A stretch of DNA of 64,000 bases from Eledone cirrhosa. Lineage: Eukaryota. The notes beneath the pieces were generated by a model. That model saw nothing but the letters and a program-made list of their open reading frames with translations. It was not told the origin of the DNA and searched no databases. Of the stretch, positions 28,401-41,524 are shown piece after piece. Position 1 is the first letter of the stretch; every line of letters starts with the position of its first letter. The position numbers were made by a program, and so were the translations under genes. The stretch covers positions 36,084,001 through 36,148,000 of the forward strand of contig OZ024758.1 of the NCBI GenBank assembly GCA_964016885.1, read 5' to 3'.

Positions 28401-30088
28401 AGAATTCATTTAAGGTCATGGTATTAGCTGTCAGAAGTCACTCCAATGTTGGTGAGAATTCATTTAAGTTCATGGTATTAGCTGTCAGAAGTAACTCCAC
28501 TGTTGGTGAGAATTCATTTAAGTTCATGGTATTAGCTGTCAGAAGTAACTCCACTGTTGGTGAGAATTCATTTAAGTTCATGGTATTAGCTGTCAGAAGT
28601 AACTCCACTGTTGGTGAGAATTCATTTAAGTTCATGGTATTAGCTGTCAGAAGGAACTCCAATGTTGGTGAGAATTCATTTAAGTCATGGTACTAGCTGT
28701 CAGAAGTAACTCCACTGTTGGTGAGAATTCATTTAAGTTCATGGTATTAGCTGTCAGAAGGAACGCCACTGTTGGTGAGAATTCATTTAAATTCATGGTA
28801 TTAGCTGTCAGAAGTAACTCCACTGTTGGTGAGAATTCATTTAAGTTCATGGTACTAGCTGTCAGAAGTAACTCCAATGTTGGTGAGAATTCATTTAAGT
28901 TCATGGTATTAGCTGTCAGAAGTAACTCCACTGTTGGTGAGAATTCATTTAAGTTCATGGTATTAGCTGTCAGAAGTCACTCCAATGTTGGTGAGAATTC
29001 ATTTAAGTCATGGTACTAGCTGTCAGAAGTAACTCCACTGTTGGTGAGAATTCATTTAAGCTCATTGTATTAGCTGTCAGAAGGAACGCCACTGTTGGTG
29101 AGAATTCATTTAAGTTCATGGTATTAGCTGTCAGAAGTAACTCCACTGTTGGTGAGAATTCATTTAAGTTCATGGTACTAGCTGTCAGAAGTAACTCCAA
29201 TGTTGGTGAGAATTCATTTAAGTTCATGGTATTAGCTGTCAGAAGGAACTCCACTGTTGCTGAGAATTCATTTAAGTTCATGGTATTAGCTGTCAGAAGT
29301 AACTCCACTGTTGGTGAGAATTCATTTAAGTTCATGGTACTAGCTGTCAGAAGTCACTCCACTGTTGGTGAGAATACATTTAAGTTCATGGTACTAGCTG
29401 TCAGAAGTAACCCCAATGTTGGTGAGAATTCATTTAAGTTCATGGTATTAGCTGTCAGAAGTCACTCCAATGTTGGTGAGAATTCATTTAAGTTCATGGT
29501 ATTAGCTGTCAGAAGTAACTCCACTGTTGGTAAGAATTCATTTAAGTTCATGGTATTAGCTGTCAGAAGTAACTCCACTGTTGGTGAGAATTCATTTAAG
29601 TTCATGGTACTAGCTGTCAGAAGTAACTCCACTGTTGGTGAGAATTCATTTAAGTTCATGGTATTAGCTGTCAGAAGTCACTCCAATGTTGGTGAGAATT
29701 CATTTAAGTTCATGGTATTAGCTGTCAGAAGTCACTCCACTGTTGGTGAGAATTCATTTAAGTCATGGTATTAGCTGTCAGAAGTAACTCCAATGTTGGT
29801 GAGAATTCATTTAAGTTCATGGTATTAGCTGTCAGAAGTCACTCCACTGTTGGTGAGAATTCATTTAAGTTCATGGTACTAGCTGTCAGAAGTAACCCCA
29901 ATGTTGGTGAGAATTCATTTAAGTTCATGGTATTAACTGTCAGAAGTCACTCCAATGTTGGTGAGAATTCATTTAAGTTCATGGTATTAGCTGTCAGAAG
30001 TAACTCCACTGTTGGTGAGAATTCATTTAAGTTCATGGTATTAGCTGTCAGAAGTAACTCCACTGTTGGTGAGAATTCATTTAAGTTC
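25452..30088. repeat. Segment duplicated at -12,024 bp (copy 2 of 13428-18064)
   Basis: Monomer order and rare markers match 13428-18064, apart from a few private substitutions such as TTAGTTGTC near 26163. Confidence 0.85.
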
Positions 30089-33000
30089 ATGGTATTAGCT
30101 GTCAAAAGTAACTCCACTGTTGGTGAGAATTCATTTAAGTTCATGGTATTAGCTGTCAGAAGTAACTCCACTGTTGGTGAGAATTCATTTAAGTTCATGG
30201 TATTAGCTGTCAGAAGGAACGCCACTGTTGGTGAGAATTCATTTAAATTCATGGTATTAGCTGTCAGAAGTAACTCCACTGTTGGTGAGAATTCATTTAA
30301 GTTCATGGTACTAGCTGTCAGAAGTAACTCCAATGTTGGTGAGAATTCATTTAAGTTCATGGTATTAGCTGTCAGAAGGAATTCCACTGTTGCTGAGAAT
30401 TCATTTAAGTTCATGGTATTAGCTGTCAGAAGTAACTCCACTGTTGGTGAGAATTCATTTAAGTTCATGGTACTAGCTGTCAGAAGTAACTCCACTGTTG
30501 GTGAGAATTCATTTAAGTTCATGGTATTAGCTGTCAGAAGTCACTCCACTGTTGGTGAGAATTCATTTAAGTTCATGGTACTAGCTGTCAGAAGTAACCC
30601 CAATGTTGGTGAGAATTCATTTACGTTCATGGTATTAGCTGTCAGAAGTCACTCCAATGTTGGTGAGAATTCATTTAAGTTCATGGTATTAGCTGTCAGA
30701 AGTAACTCCACTGTTGGTGAGAATTCATTTAAGTTCATGGTATTAGTTTGTCAGAAGTAACTCCACTGTTGGTGAGAATTCATTTAAGTCATGGTATTAG
30801 TTGTCAGAAGTAACTCCAATGTTGGTGAGAATTCATTTAAGTTCATGGTATTAGCTGTCAGAAGGAACTCCACTGTTGGTGAGAATTCATTTAAGTTCAT
30901 GGTATTAGCTGTCAGAAGGAACTCCAATGTTGGTGAGAATTCATTTAAGTCATGGTACTAGCTGTCAGATGTAACTCCACTGTTGGTGAGAATTCATTTA
31001 AGTTCATGGTATTAGCTGTCAGAAGGAACGCCACTGTTGGTGAGAATTCATTTAAATTCATGGTATTAGCTGTCAGAAGTAACTCCACTGTTGGTGAGAA
31101 TTCATTTAAGTTCATGGTACTAGCTGTCAGAAGTAACTCCAATGTTGGTGAGAATTCATTTAAGTTCATGGTATTAGCTGTCAGAAGTAACTCCACTGTT
31201 GGTGAGAATTCATTTAAGTTCATGGTATTAGCTGTCAGAAGTCACTCCAATGTTGGTGAGAATTCATTTAAGTCATGGTACTAGCTGTCAGAAGTAACTC
31301 CACTGTTGGTGAGAATTCATTTAAGTTCATTGTATTAGCTGTCAGAAGGAACGCCACTGTTGGTGAGAATTCATTTAAGTTCATGGTATTAGCTGTCAGA
31401 AGTAACTCCACTGTTGGTGAGAATTCATTTAAGTTCATGGTACTAGCTGTCAGAAGTAACTCCAATGTTGGTGAGAATTCATTTAAGTTCATGGTATTAG
31501 CTGTCAGAAGTCACTCCAATGTTGGTGAGAATTCATTTAAGTTCATGGTATTAGCTGTCAGAAGTCACTCCACTGTTGGTAAGAATTCATTTAAGTTCAT
31601 GGTATTAGCTGTCAGAAGTAACTCCACTGTTGGTGAGAATTCATTTAAGTTCATGGTATTAGCTGTCAGAAGGAACGCCACTGTTGGTGAGAATTCATTT
31701 AAGTTCATGGTATTAGCTGTCAGAAGTAACTCCACTGTTGGTGAGAATTCATTTAAGTTCATGGTACTAGCTGTCAGAAGTAACTCCACTGTTGGTGAGA
31801 ATTCATTTAAGTTCATGGTATTAGCTGTCAGAAGTCACTCCAATGTTGGTGAGAATTCATTTAAGTTCATGGTATTAGCTGTCAGAAGTCACTCCACTGT
31901 TGGTGAGAATTCATTTAAGTTCATGGTACTAGCTGTCAGAAGTAACCCCAATGTTGGTGAGAATTCATTTAAGTTCATGGTATTAGCTGTCAGAAGTCAC
32001 TCCAATGTTGGTGAGAATTCATTTAAGTTCATGGTATTAGCTGTCAGAAGTAACTCCACTGTTGGTGAGAATTCATTTAAGTTCATGGTATTAGCTGTCA
32101 GAAGTAACTCCACTGTTGGTGAGAATTCATTTAAGTTCATGGTATTAGCTGTCAGAAGTAACTCCACTGTTGGTGAGAATTCATTTAAGTCATGGTATTA
32201 GCTGTCAGAAGTAACTCCAATGTTGGTGAGAATTCATTTAAGTTCATGGTATTAGCTGTCAGAAGTCACTCCACTGTTGGTGAGAATTCATTTAAGTTCA
32301 TGGTACTAGCTGTCAGAAGTAACCCCAATGTTGGTGAGAATTCATTTAAGTTCATGGTATTAGCTGTCAGAAGTCACTCCAATGTTGGTGAGAATTCATT
32401 TAAGTTCATGGTATTAGCTGTCAGAAGTAACTCCACTGTTGGTGAGAATTCATTTAAGTTCATGGTATTAGCTGTCAGAAGTAACTCCACTGTTGGTGAG
32501 AATTCATTTAAGTTCATGGTATTAGCTGTCAGAAGTAACTCCACTGTTGGTGAGAATTCATTTAAGTTCATGGTATTAGCTGTCAGAAGGAACTCCAATG
32601 TTGGTGAGAATTCATTTAAGTCATGGTACTAGCTGTCAGAAGTAACTCCACTGTTGGTGAGAATTCATTTAAGTTCATGGTATTAGCTGTCAGAAGGAAC
32701 GCCACTGTTGGTGAGAATTCATTTAAATTCATGGTATTAGCTGTCAGAAGTAACTCCACTGTTGGTGAGTATTCATTTAAGTTCATTGTATTAGCTGTCA
32801 GAAGGAACGCCACTGTTGGTGAGAATTCATTTAAGTTCATGGTATTAGCTGTCAGAAGTAACTCCACTGTTGGTGAGAATTCATTTAAGTTCATGGTATT
32901 AGCTGTCAGAAGTAACTTCACTGTTGGTGAGAATTCATTTAAGTTCATGGTACTAGCTGTCAGAAGTAACTCCAATGTTGGTGAGAATTCATTTAAGTTC

Positions 33001-34134
33001 ATGGTATTAGCTGTCAGAAGGAACTCCACTGTTGCTGAGAATTCATTTAAGTTCATGGTATTTGCTGTCAGAAGTAACTCCACTGTTGGTGAGAATTCAT
33101 TTAAGTTCATGGTACTAGCTGTCAGAAGTCACTCCACTGTTGGTGAGAATACATTTAAGTTCATGGTACTAGCTGTCAGAAGTAACTCCAATGTTGGTGA
33201 GAATTCATTTAAGTTCATGGTATTAGCTGTCAGAAGTCACTCCAATGTTGGTGAGAATTCATTTAAGTGCATGGTATTAGCTGTCAGAAGTAACTCCACT
33301 GTTGGTAAGAATTCATTTAAGTTCATGGTATTAGCTGTCAGAAGTAACTCCACTGTTGGTGAGAATTCATTTAAGTTCATGGTATTAGCTGTCAGAAGGA
33401 ACGCCACTGTTGGTGAGAATTCATTTAAGTTCATGGTATTAGCTGTCAGAAGTAACTCCACTGTTGGTGAGAATTCATTTAAGTTCATGGTACTAGCTGT
33501 CAGAAGTAACTCCACTGTTGGTGAGAATTCATTTAAGTTCATGGTATTAGCTGTCAGAAGTCACTCCAATGTTGGTGAGAATTCATTTAAGTTCATGGTA
33601 TTAGCTGTCAGAAGTCACTCCACTGTTGGTGAGAATTCATTTAAGTTCATGGTACTAGCTGTCAGAAGTAACCCCAATGTTGGTGAGAATTCATTTAAGT
33701 TCATGGAATTAGCTGTCAGAAGTCACTCCAATGTTGGTGAGAATTCATTTAAGTTCATGGTATTAGCTGTCAGAAGTCACTCCAATGTTGGTGAGAATTC
33801 ATTTAAGTTCATGTTATTAGCTGTCAGAAGTCACTCCAATGTTGGTGAGAATTCATTTAAGTTCATGGTATTAGCTGTCAGAAGTAACTCCACTGTTGGT
33901 GAGAATTCATTTAAGTTCATGCTATTAGCTGTCAGAAGTAACTCCACTGTTGGTGAGAATTCATTTAAGTTCATGGTATTAGCTGTCAGAAGTCACTCCA
34001 CTGTTGGTGAGAATTCATTTAAGTTCATGGTACTAGCTGTCAGAAGTAACCCCAATGTTGGTGAGAATTCATTTAAGTTCATGGTATTAGCTGTCAGAAG
34101 TCACTCCAATGTTGGTGAGAATTCATTTAAGTTC

Positions 34135-37100
34135 ATTGTATTAGCTGTCAGAAGGAACGCCACTGTTGGTGAGAATTCATTTAAGTTCATGGTATTAGCT
34201 GTCAGAAGTAACTCCACTGTTGGTGAGAATTCATTTAAGTTCATGGTACTAGCTGTCAGAAGTAACTCCAATGTTGGTGAGAATTCATTTAAGTTCATGG
34301 TATTAGCTGTCAGAAGTCACTCCAATGTTGGTGAGAATTCATTTAAGTTCATGGTATTAGCTGTCAGAAGTCACTCCACTGTTGGTAAGAATTCATTTAA
34401 GTTCATGGTATTAGCTGTCAGAAGTAACTCCACTGTTGGTGAGAATTCATTTAAGTTCATGGTATTAGCTGTCAGAAGGAACGCCACTGTTGGTGAGAAT
34501 TCATTTAAGTTCATGGTATTAGCTGTCAGAAGTAACTCCACTGTTGGTGAGAATTCATTTAAGTTCATGGTACTAGCTGTCAGAAGTAACTCCACTGTTG
34601 GTGAGAATTCATTTAAGTTCATGGTATTAGCTGTCAGAAGTCACTCCACTGTTGGTGAGAATTCATTTAAGTTCATGGTACTAGCTGTCAGAAGTAACCC
34701 CAATGTTGGTGAGAATTCATTTAAGTTCATGGTATTAGCTGTCAGAAGTCACTCCAATGTTGGTGAGAATTCATTTAAGTTCATGGTATTAGCTGTCAGA
34801 AGTAACTCCACTGTTGGTGAGAATTCATTTAAGTTCATGGTATTAGCTGTCAGAAGTAACTCCACTGTTGGTGAGAATTCATTTAAGTTCATGGTATTAG
34901 CTGTCAGAAGTAACTCCACTGTTGGTGAGAATTCATTTAAGTCATGGTATTAGCTGTCAGAAGTAACTCCAATGTTGGTGAGAATTCATTTAAGTTCATG
35001 GTATTAGCTGTCAGAAGTCACTCCACTGTTGGTGAGAATTCATTTAAGTTCATGGTACTAGCTGTCAGAAGTAACCCCAATGTTGGTGAGAATTCATTTA
35101 AGTTCATGGTATTAGCTGTCAGAAGTCACTCCAATGTTGGTGAGAATTCATTTAAGTTCATGGTATTAGCTGTCAGAAGTAACTCCACTGTTGGTGAGAA
35201 TTCATTTAAGTTCATGGTATTAGCTGTCAGAAGTAACTCCACTGTTGGTGAGAATTCATTTAAGTTCATGGTATTAGCTGTCAGAAGTAACTCCACTGTT
35301 GGTGAGAATTCATTTAAGTTCATGGTATTAGCTGTCAGAAGGAACTCCAATGTTGGTGAGAATTCATTTAAGTCATGGTACTAGCTGTCAGAAGTAACTC
35401 CACTGTTGGTGAGAATTCATTTAAGTTCATGGTATTAGCTGTCAGAAGGAACGCCACTGTTGGTGAGAATTCATTTAAATTCATGGTATTAGCTGTCAGA
35501 AGTAACTCCACTGTTGGTGAGTATTCATTTAAGTTCATTGTATTAGCTGTCAGAAGGAACGCCACTGTTGGTGAGAATTCATTTAAGTTCATGGTATTAG
35601 CTGTCAGAAGTAACTCCACTGTTGGTGAGAATTCATTTAAGTTCATGGTACTAGCTGTCAGAAGTAACTCCAATGTTGGTGAGAATTCATTTAAGTTCAT
35701 GGTATTAGCTGTCAGAAGGAACTCCACTGTTGCTGAGAATTCATTTAAGTTCATGGTATTAGCTGTCAGAAGTAACTCCACTGTTGGTGAGAATTCATTT
35801 AAGTTCATGGTACTAGCTGTCAGAAGTCACTCCACTGTTGGTGAGAATACATTTAAGTTCATGGTACTAGCTGTCAGAAGTAACCCCAATGTTGGTGAGA
35901 ATTCATTTAAGTTCATGGTATTAGCTGTCAGAAGTAACTTCACTGTTGGTGAGAATTCATTTAAGTTCATGGTACTAGCTGTCAGAAGTAACTCCAATGT
36001 TGGTGAGAATTCATTTAAGTTCATGGTATTAGCTGTCAGAAGGAACTCCACTGTTGCTGAGAATTCATTTAAGTTCATGGTATTTGCTGTCAGAAGTAAC
36101 TCCACTGTTGGTGAGAATTCATTTAAGTTCATGGTACTAGCTGTCAGAAGTCACTCCACTGTTGGTGAGAATACATTTAAGTTCATGGTACTAGCTGTCA
36201 GAAGTAACTCCAATGTTGGTGAGAATTCATTTAAGTTCATGGTATTAGCTGTCAGAAGTCACTCCAATGTTGGTGAGAATTCATTTAAGTTCATGGTATT
36301 AGCTGTCAGAAGTAACTCCACTGTTGGTAAGAATTCATTTAAGTTCATGGTATTAGCTGTCAGAAGTAACTCCACTGTTGGTGAGAATTCATTTAAGTTC
36401 ATGGTATTAGCTGTCAGAAGGAACGCCACTGTTGGTGAGAATTCATTTAAGTTCATGGTATTAGCTGTCAGAAGTAACTCCACTGTTGGTGAGAATTCAT
36501 TTAAGTTCATGGTACTAGCTGTTAGAAGTAACTCCACTGTTGGTGAGAATTCATTTAAGTTCATGGTATTAGCTGTCAGAAGTCACTCCAATGTTGGTGA
36601 GAATTCATTTAAGTTCATGGTATTAGCTGTCAGAAGTCACTCCACTGTTGGTGAGAATTCATTTAAGTTCATGGTACTAGCTGTCAGAAGTAACCCCAAT
36701 GTTGGTGAGAATTCATTTAAGTTCATGGTATTAGCTGTCAGAAGTCACTCCAATGTTGGTGAGAATTCATTTAAGTTCATGGTATTAGCTGTCAGAAGTC
36801 ACTCCAATGTTGGTGAGAATTCATTTAAGTTCATGGTATTAGCTGTCAGAAGTCACTCCAATGTTGGTGAGAATTCATTTAAGTTCATGGTATTAGCTGT
36901 CAGAAGTAACTCCACTGTTGGTGAGAATTCATTTAAGTTCATGGTATTAGCTGTCAGAAGTAACTCCACTGTTGGTGAGAATTCATTTAAGTTCATGGTA
37001 TTAGCTGTCAGAAGTCACTCCACTGTTGGTGAGAATTCATTTAAGTTCATGGTACTAGCTGTCAGAAGTAACCCCAATGTTGGTGAGAATTCATTTAAGT

Positions 37101-37371
37101 TCATGGTATTAGCTGTCAGAAGTCACTCCAATGTTGGTGAGAATTCATTTAAGTTCATGGTATTAGCTGTCAGAAGTAACTCCACTGTTGGTGAGAATTC
37201 ATTTAAGTCATGGTATTAGCTGTCAGAAGTAACTCCAATGTTGGTGAGAATTCATTTAAGTTCATGGTATTAGCTGTCAGAAGTCACTCCACTGTTGGTG
37301 AGAATTCATTTAAGTTCATGGTACTAGCTGTCAGAAGTAACCCCAATGTTGGTGAGAATTCATTTAAGTTC
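34135..37371. repeat. Segment duplicated at +17,579 bp (copy at 51714-54950)
   Basis: 34944 maps to 52523, 35375 to 52954 and 37210 to 54789, all +17579. The two 614-aa ORFs are identical but for one residue. Shared markers are GAGTATTC, AACTTCAC and GTATTTGC. Confidence 0.82.
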
Positions 37372-40300
37372 ATGGTATTAGCTGTCAGAAGTCACTCCAA
37401 TGTTGGTGAGAATTCATTTAAGTTCATGGTATTAGCTGTCAGAAGTAACTCCACTGTTGGTGAGAATTCATTTAAGTTCATGGTATTAGCTGTCAGAAGT
37501 AACTCCACTGTTGGTGAGAATTCATTTAAGTTCATGGTATTAGCTGTCAGAAGTAACTCCACTGTTGGTGAGAATTCATTTAAGTCATGGTATTAGCTGT
37601 CAGAAGTAACTCCAATGTTGGTGAGAATTCATTTAAGTTCATGGTATTAGCTGTCAGAAGTCACTCCACTGTTGGTGAGAATTCATTTAAGTTCATGGTA
37701 CTAGCTGTCAGAAGTAACCCCAATGTTGGTGAGAATTCATTTAAGTTCATGGTATTAGCTGTCAGAAGTCACTCCAATGTTGGTGAGAATTCATTTAAGT
37801 TCATGGTATTAGCTGTCAGAAGTAACTCCACTGTTGGTGAGAATTCATTTAAGTTCATGGTATTAGCTGTCAGAAGTAACTCCACTGTTGGTGAGAATTC
37901 ATTTAAGTTCATGGTATTAGCTGTCAGAAGGAACTCCAATGTTGGTGAGAATTCATTTAAGTCATGGTACTAGCTGTCAGAAGTAACTGCACTGTTGGTG
38001 AGAATTCATTTAAGTTCATGGTATTAGCTGTCAGAAGGAACGCCACTGTTGGTGAGAATTCATTTAAATTCATGGTATTAGCTGTCAGAAGTAACTCCAC
38101 TGTTGGTGAGAATTCATTTAAGTTCATGGTACTAGCTGTCAGAAGTAACTCCACTGTTGGTGAGAATTCATTTAAGTTCATGGTACTAGCTGTCAGAAGT
38201 AACTCCACTGTTGGTGAGAATTCATTTAAGTTCATGGTATTAGCTGTCAGAAGTCACTCCAATGTTGGTGAGAATTCATTTAAGTTCATGGTATTAGCTG
38301 TCAGAAGTCACTCCACTGTTGGTGAGAATTCATTTAAGTCATGGTATTAGCTGTCAGAAGTAACTCCAATGTTGGTGAGAATTCATTTAAGTTCATGGTA
38401 TTAGCTGTCAGAAGTCACTCCACTGTTGGTGAGAATTCATTTAAGTTCATGGTACTAGCTGTCAGAAGTAACCCCAATGTTGGTGAGAATTCATTTAAGT
38501 TCATGGTATTAACTGTCAGAAGTCACTCCAATGTTGGTGAGAATTCATTTAAGTTCATGGTATTAGCTGTCAGAAGTAACTCCACTGTTGGTGAGAATTC
38601 ATTTAAGTTCATGGTATTAGCTGTCAGAAGTAACTCCACTGTTGGTGAGAATTCATTTAAGTTCATGGTATTAGCTGTCAGAAGTAACTCCACTGTTGGT
38701 GAGAATTCATTTAAGTTCATGGTATTAGCTGTCAGAAGTAACTCCACTGTTGGTGAGAATTCATTTAAGTTCATGGTATTAGCTGTCAGAAGGAACGCCA
38801 CTGTTGGTGAGAATTCATTTAAATTCATGGTATTAGCTGTCAGAAGTAACTCCACTGTTGGTGAGAATTCATTTAAGTTCATGGTACTAGCTGTCAGAAG
38901 TAACTCCAATGTTGGTGAGAATTCATTTAAGTTCATGGTATTAGCTGTCAGAAGGAATTCCACTGTTGCTGTGAATTCATTTAAGTTCATGGTATTAGCT
39001 GTCAGAAGTAACTCCACTGTTGGTGAGAATTCATTTAAGTTCATGGTACTAGCTGTCAGAAGTAACTCCACTGTTGGTGAGAATTCATTTAAGTTCATGG
39101 TATTAGCTGTCAGAAGTCACTCCAATGTTGGTGAGAATTCATTTAAGTTCATGGTATTAGCTGTCAGAAGTCACTCCACTGTTGGTGAGAATTCATTTAA
39201 GTTCATGGTACTAGCTGTCAGAAGTAACCCCAATGTTGGTGAGAATTCATTTAAGTTCATGGTATTAGCTGTCAGAAGTCACTCCAATGTTGGTGAGAAT
39301 TCATTTAAGTTCATGGTATTAGCTGTCAGAAGTAACTCCACTGTTGGTGAGAATTCATTTAAGTTCATGGTATTAGTTTGTCAGAAGTAACTCCACTGTT
39401 GGTGAGAATTCATTTAAGTCATGGTATTAGTTGTCAGAAGTAACTCCAATGTTGGTGAGAATTCATTTAAGTTCATGGTATTAGCTGTCAGAAGGAACTC
39501 CACTGTTGGTGAGAATTCATTTAAGTTCATGGTATTAGCTGTCAGAAGGAACTCCAATGTTGGTGAGAATTCATTTAAGTCATGGTACTAGCTGTCAGAT
39601 GTAACTCCACTGTTGGTGAGAATTCATTTAAGTTCATGGTATTAGCTGTCAGAAGGAACGCCACTGTTGGTGAGAATTCATTTAAATTCATGGTATTAGC
39701 TGTCAGAAGTAACTCCACTGTTGGTGAGAATTCATTTAAGTTCATGGTACTAGCTGTCAGAAGTAACTCCAATGTTGGTGAGAATTCATTTAAGTTCATG
39801 GTATTAGCTGTCAGAAGTAACTCCACTGTTGGTGAGAATTCATTTAAGTTCATGGTATTAGCTGTCAGAAGTCACTCCAATGTTGGTGAGAATTCATTTA
39901 AGTCATGGTACTAGCTGTCAGAAGTAACTCCACTGTTGGTGAGAATTCATTTAAGTTCATTGTATTAGCTGTCAGAAGGAACGCCACTGTTGGTGAGAAT
40001 TCATTTAAGTTCATGGTATTAGCTGTCAGAAGTAACTCCACTGTTGGTGAGAATTCATTTAAGTTCATGGTACTAGCTGTCAGAAGTAACTCCAATGTTG
40101 GTGAGAATTCATTTAAGTTCATGGTATTAGCTGTCAGAAGTCACTCCACTGTTGGTAAGAATTCATTTAAGTTCATGGTATTAGCTGTCAGAAGTAACTC
40201 CACTGTTGGTGAGAATTCATTTAAGTTCATGGTATTAGCTGTCAGAAGGAACGCCACTGTTGGTGAGAATTCATTTAAGTTCATGGTATTAGCTGTCAGA

Positions 40301-41524
40301 AGTAACTCCACTGTTGGTGAGAATTCATTTAAGTTCATGGTACTAGCTGTCAGAAGTAACTCCACTGTTGGTGAGAATTCATTTAAGTTCATGGTATTAG
40401 CTGTCAGAAGTCACTCCAATGTTGGTGAGAATTCATTTAAGTTCATGGTATTAGCTGTCAGAAGTCACTCCACTGTTGGTGAGAATTCATTTAAGTTCAT
40501 GGTATTAGCTGTCAGAAGGAACTCCACTGTTGCTGAGAATTCATTTAAGTTCATGGTATTTGCTGTCAGAAGTAACTCCACTGTTGGTGAGAATTCATTT
40601 AAGTTCATGGTACTAGCTGTCAGAAGTCACTCCACTGTTGGTGAGAATACATTTAAGTTCATGGTACTAGCTGTCAGAAGTAACTCCAATGTTGGTGAGA
40701 ATTCATTTAAGTTCATGGTATTAGCTGTCAGAAGTCACTCCAATGTTGGTGAGAATTCATTTAAGTTCATGGTATTAGCTGTCAGAAGTAACTCCACTGT
40801 TGGTAAGAATTAATTTAAGTTCATGGTATTAGCTGTCAGAAGTAACTCCACTGTTGGTGAGAATTCATTTAAGTTCATGGTATTAGCTGTCAGAAGGAAC
40901 GCCACTGTTGGTGAGAATTCATTTAAGTTCATGGTATTAGCTGTCAGAAGTAACTCCACTGTTGGTGAGAATTCATTTAAGTTCATGGTACTAGCTGTCA
41001 GAAGTAACTCCACTGTTGGTGAGAATTCATTTAAGTTCATGGTATTAGCTGTCAGAAGTCACTCCAATGTTGGTGAGAATTCATTTAAGTTCATGGTATT
41101 AGCTGTCAGAAGTCACTCCACTGTTGGTGAGAATTCATTTAAGTTCATGGTACTAGCTGTCAGAAGTAACCCCAATGTTGGTGAGAATTCATTTAAGTTC
41201 ATGGTATTAGCTGTCAGAAGTCACTCCAATGTTGGTGAGAATTCATTTAAGTTCATGGTATTAGCTGTCAGAAGTCACTCCAATGTTGGTGAGAATTCAT
41301 TTAAGTTCATGGTATTAGCTGTCAGAAGTCACTCCAATGTTGGTGAGAATTCATTTAAGTTCATGGTATTAGCTGTCAGAAGTAACTCCACTGTTGGTGA
41401 GAATTCATTTAAGTTCATGGTAATAGCTGTCAGAAGTAACTCCACTGTTGGTGAGAATTCATTTAAGTTCATGGTATTAGCTGTCAGAAGTCACTCCACT
41501 GTTGGTGAGAATTCATTTAAGTTC

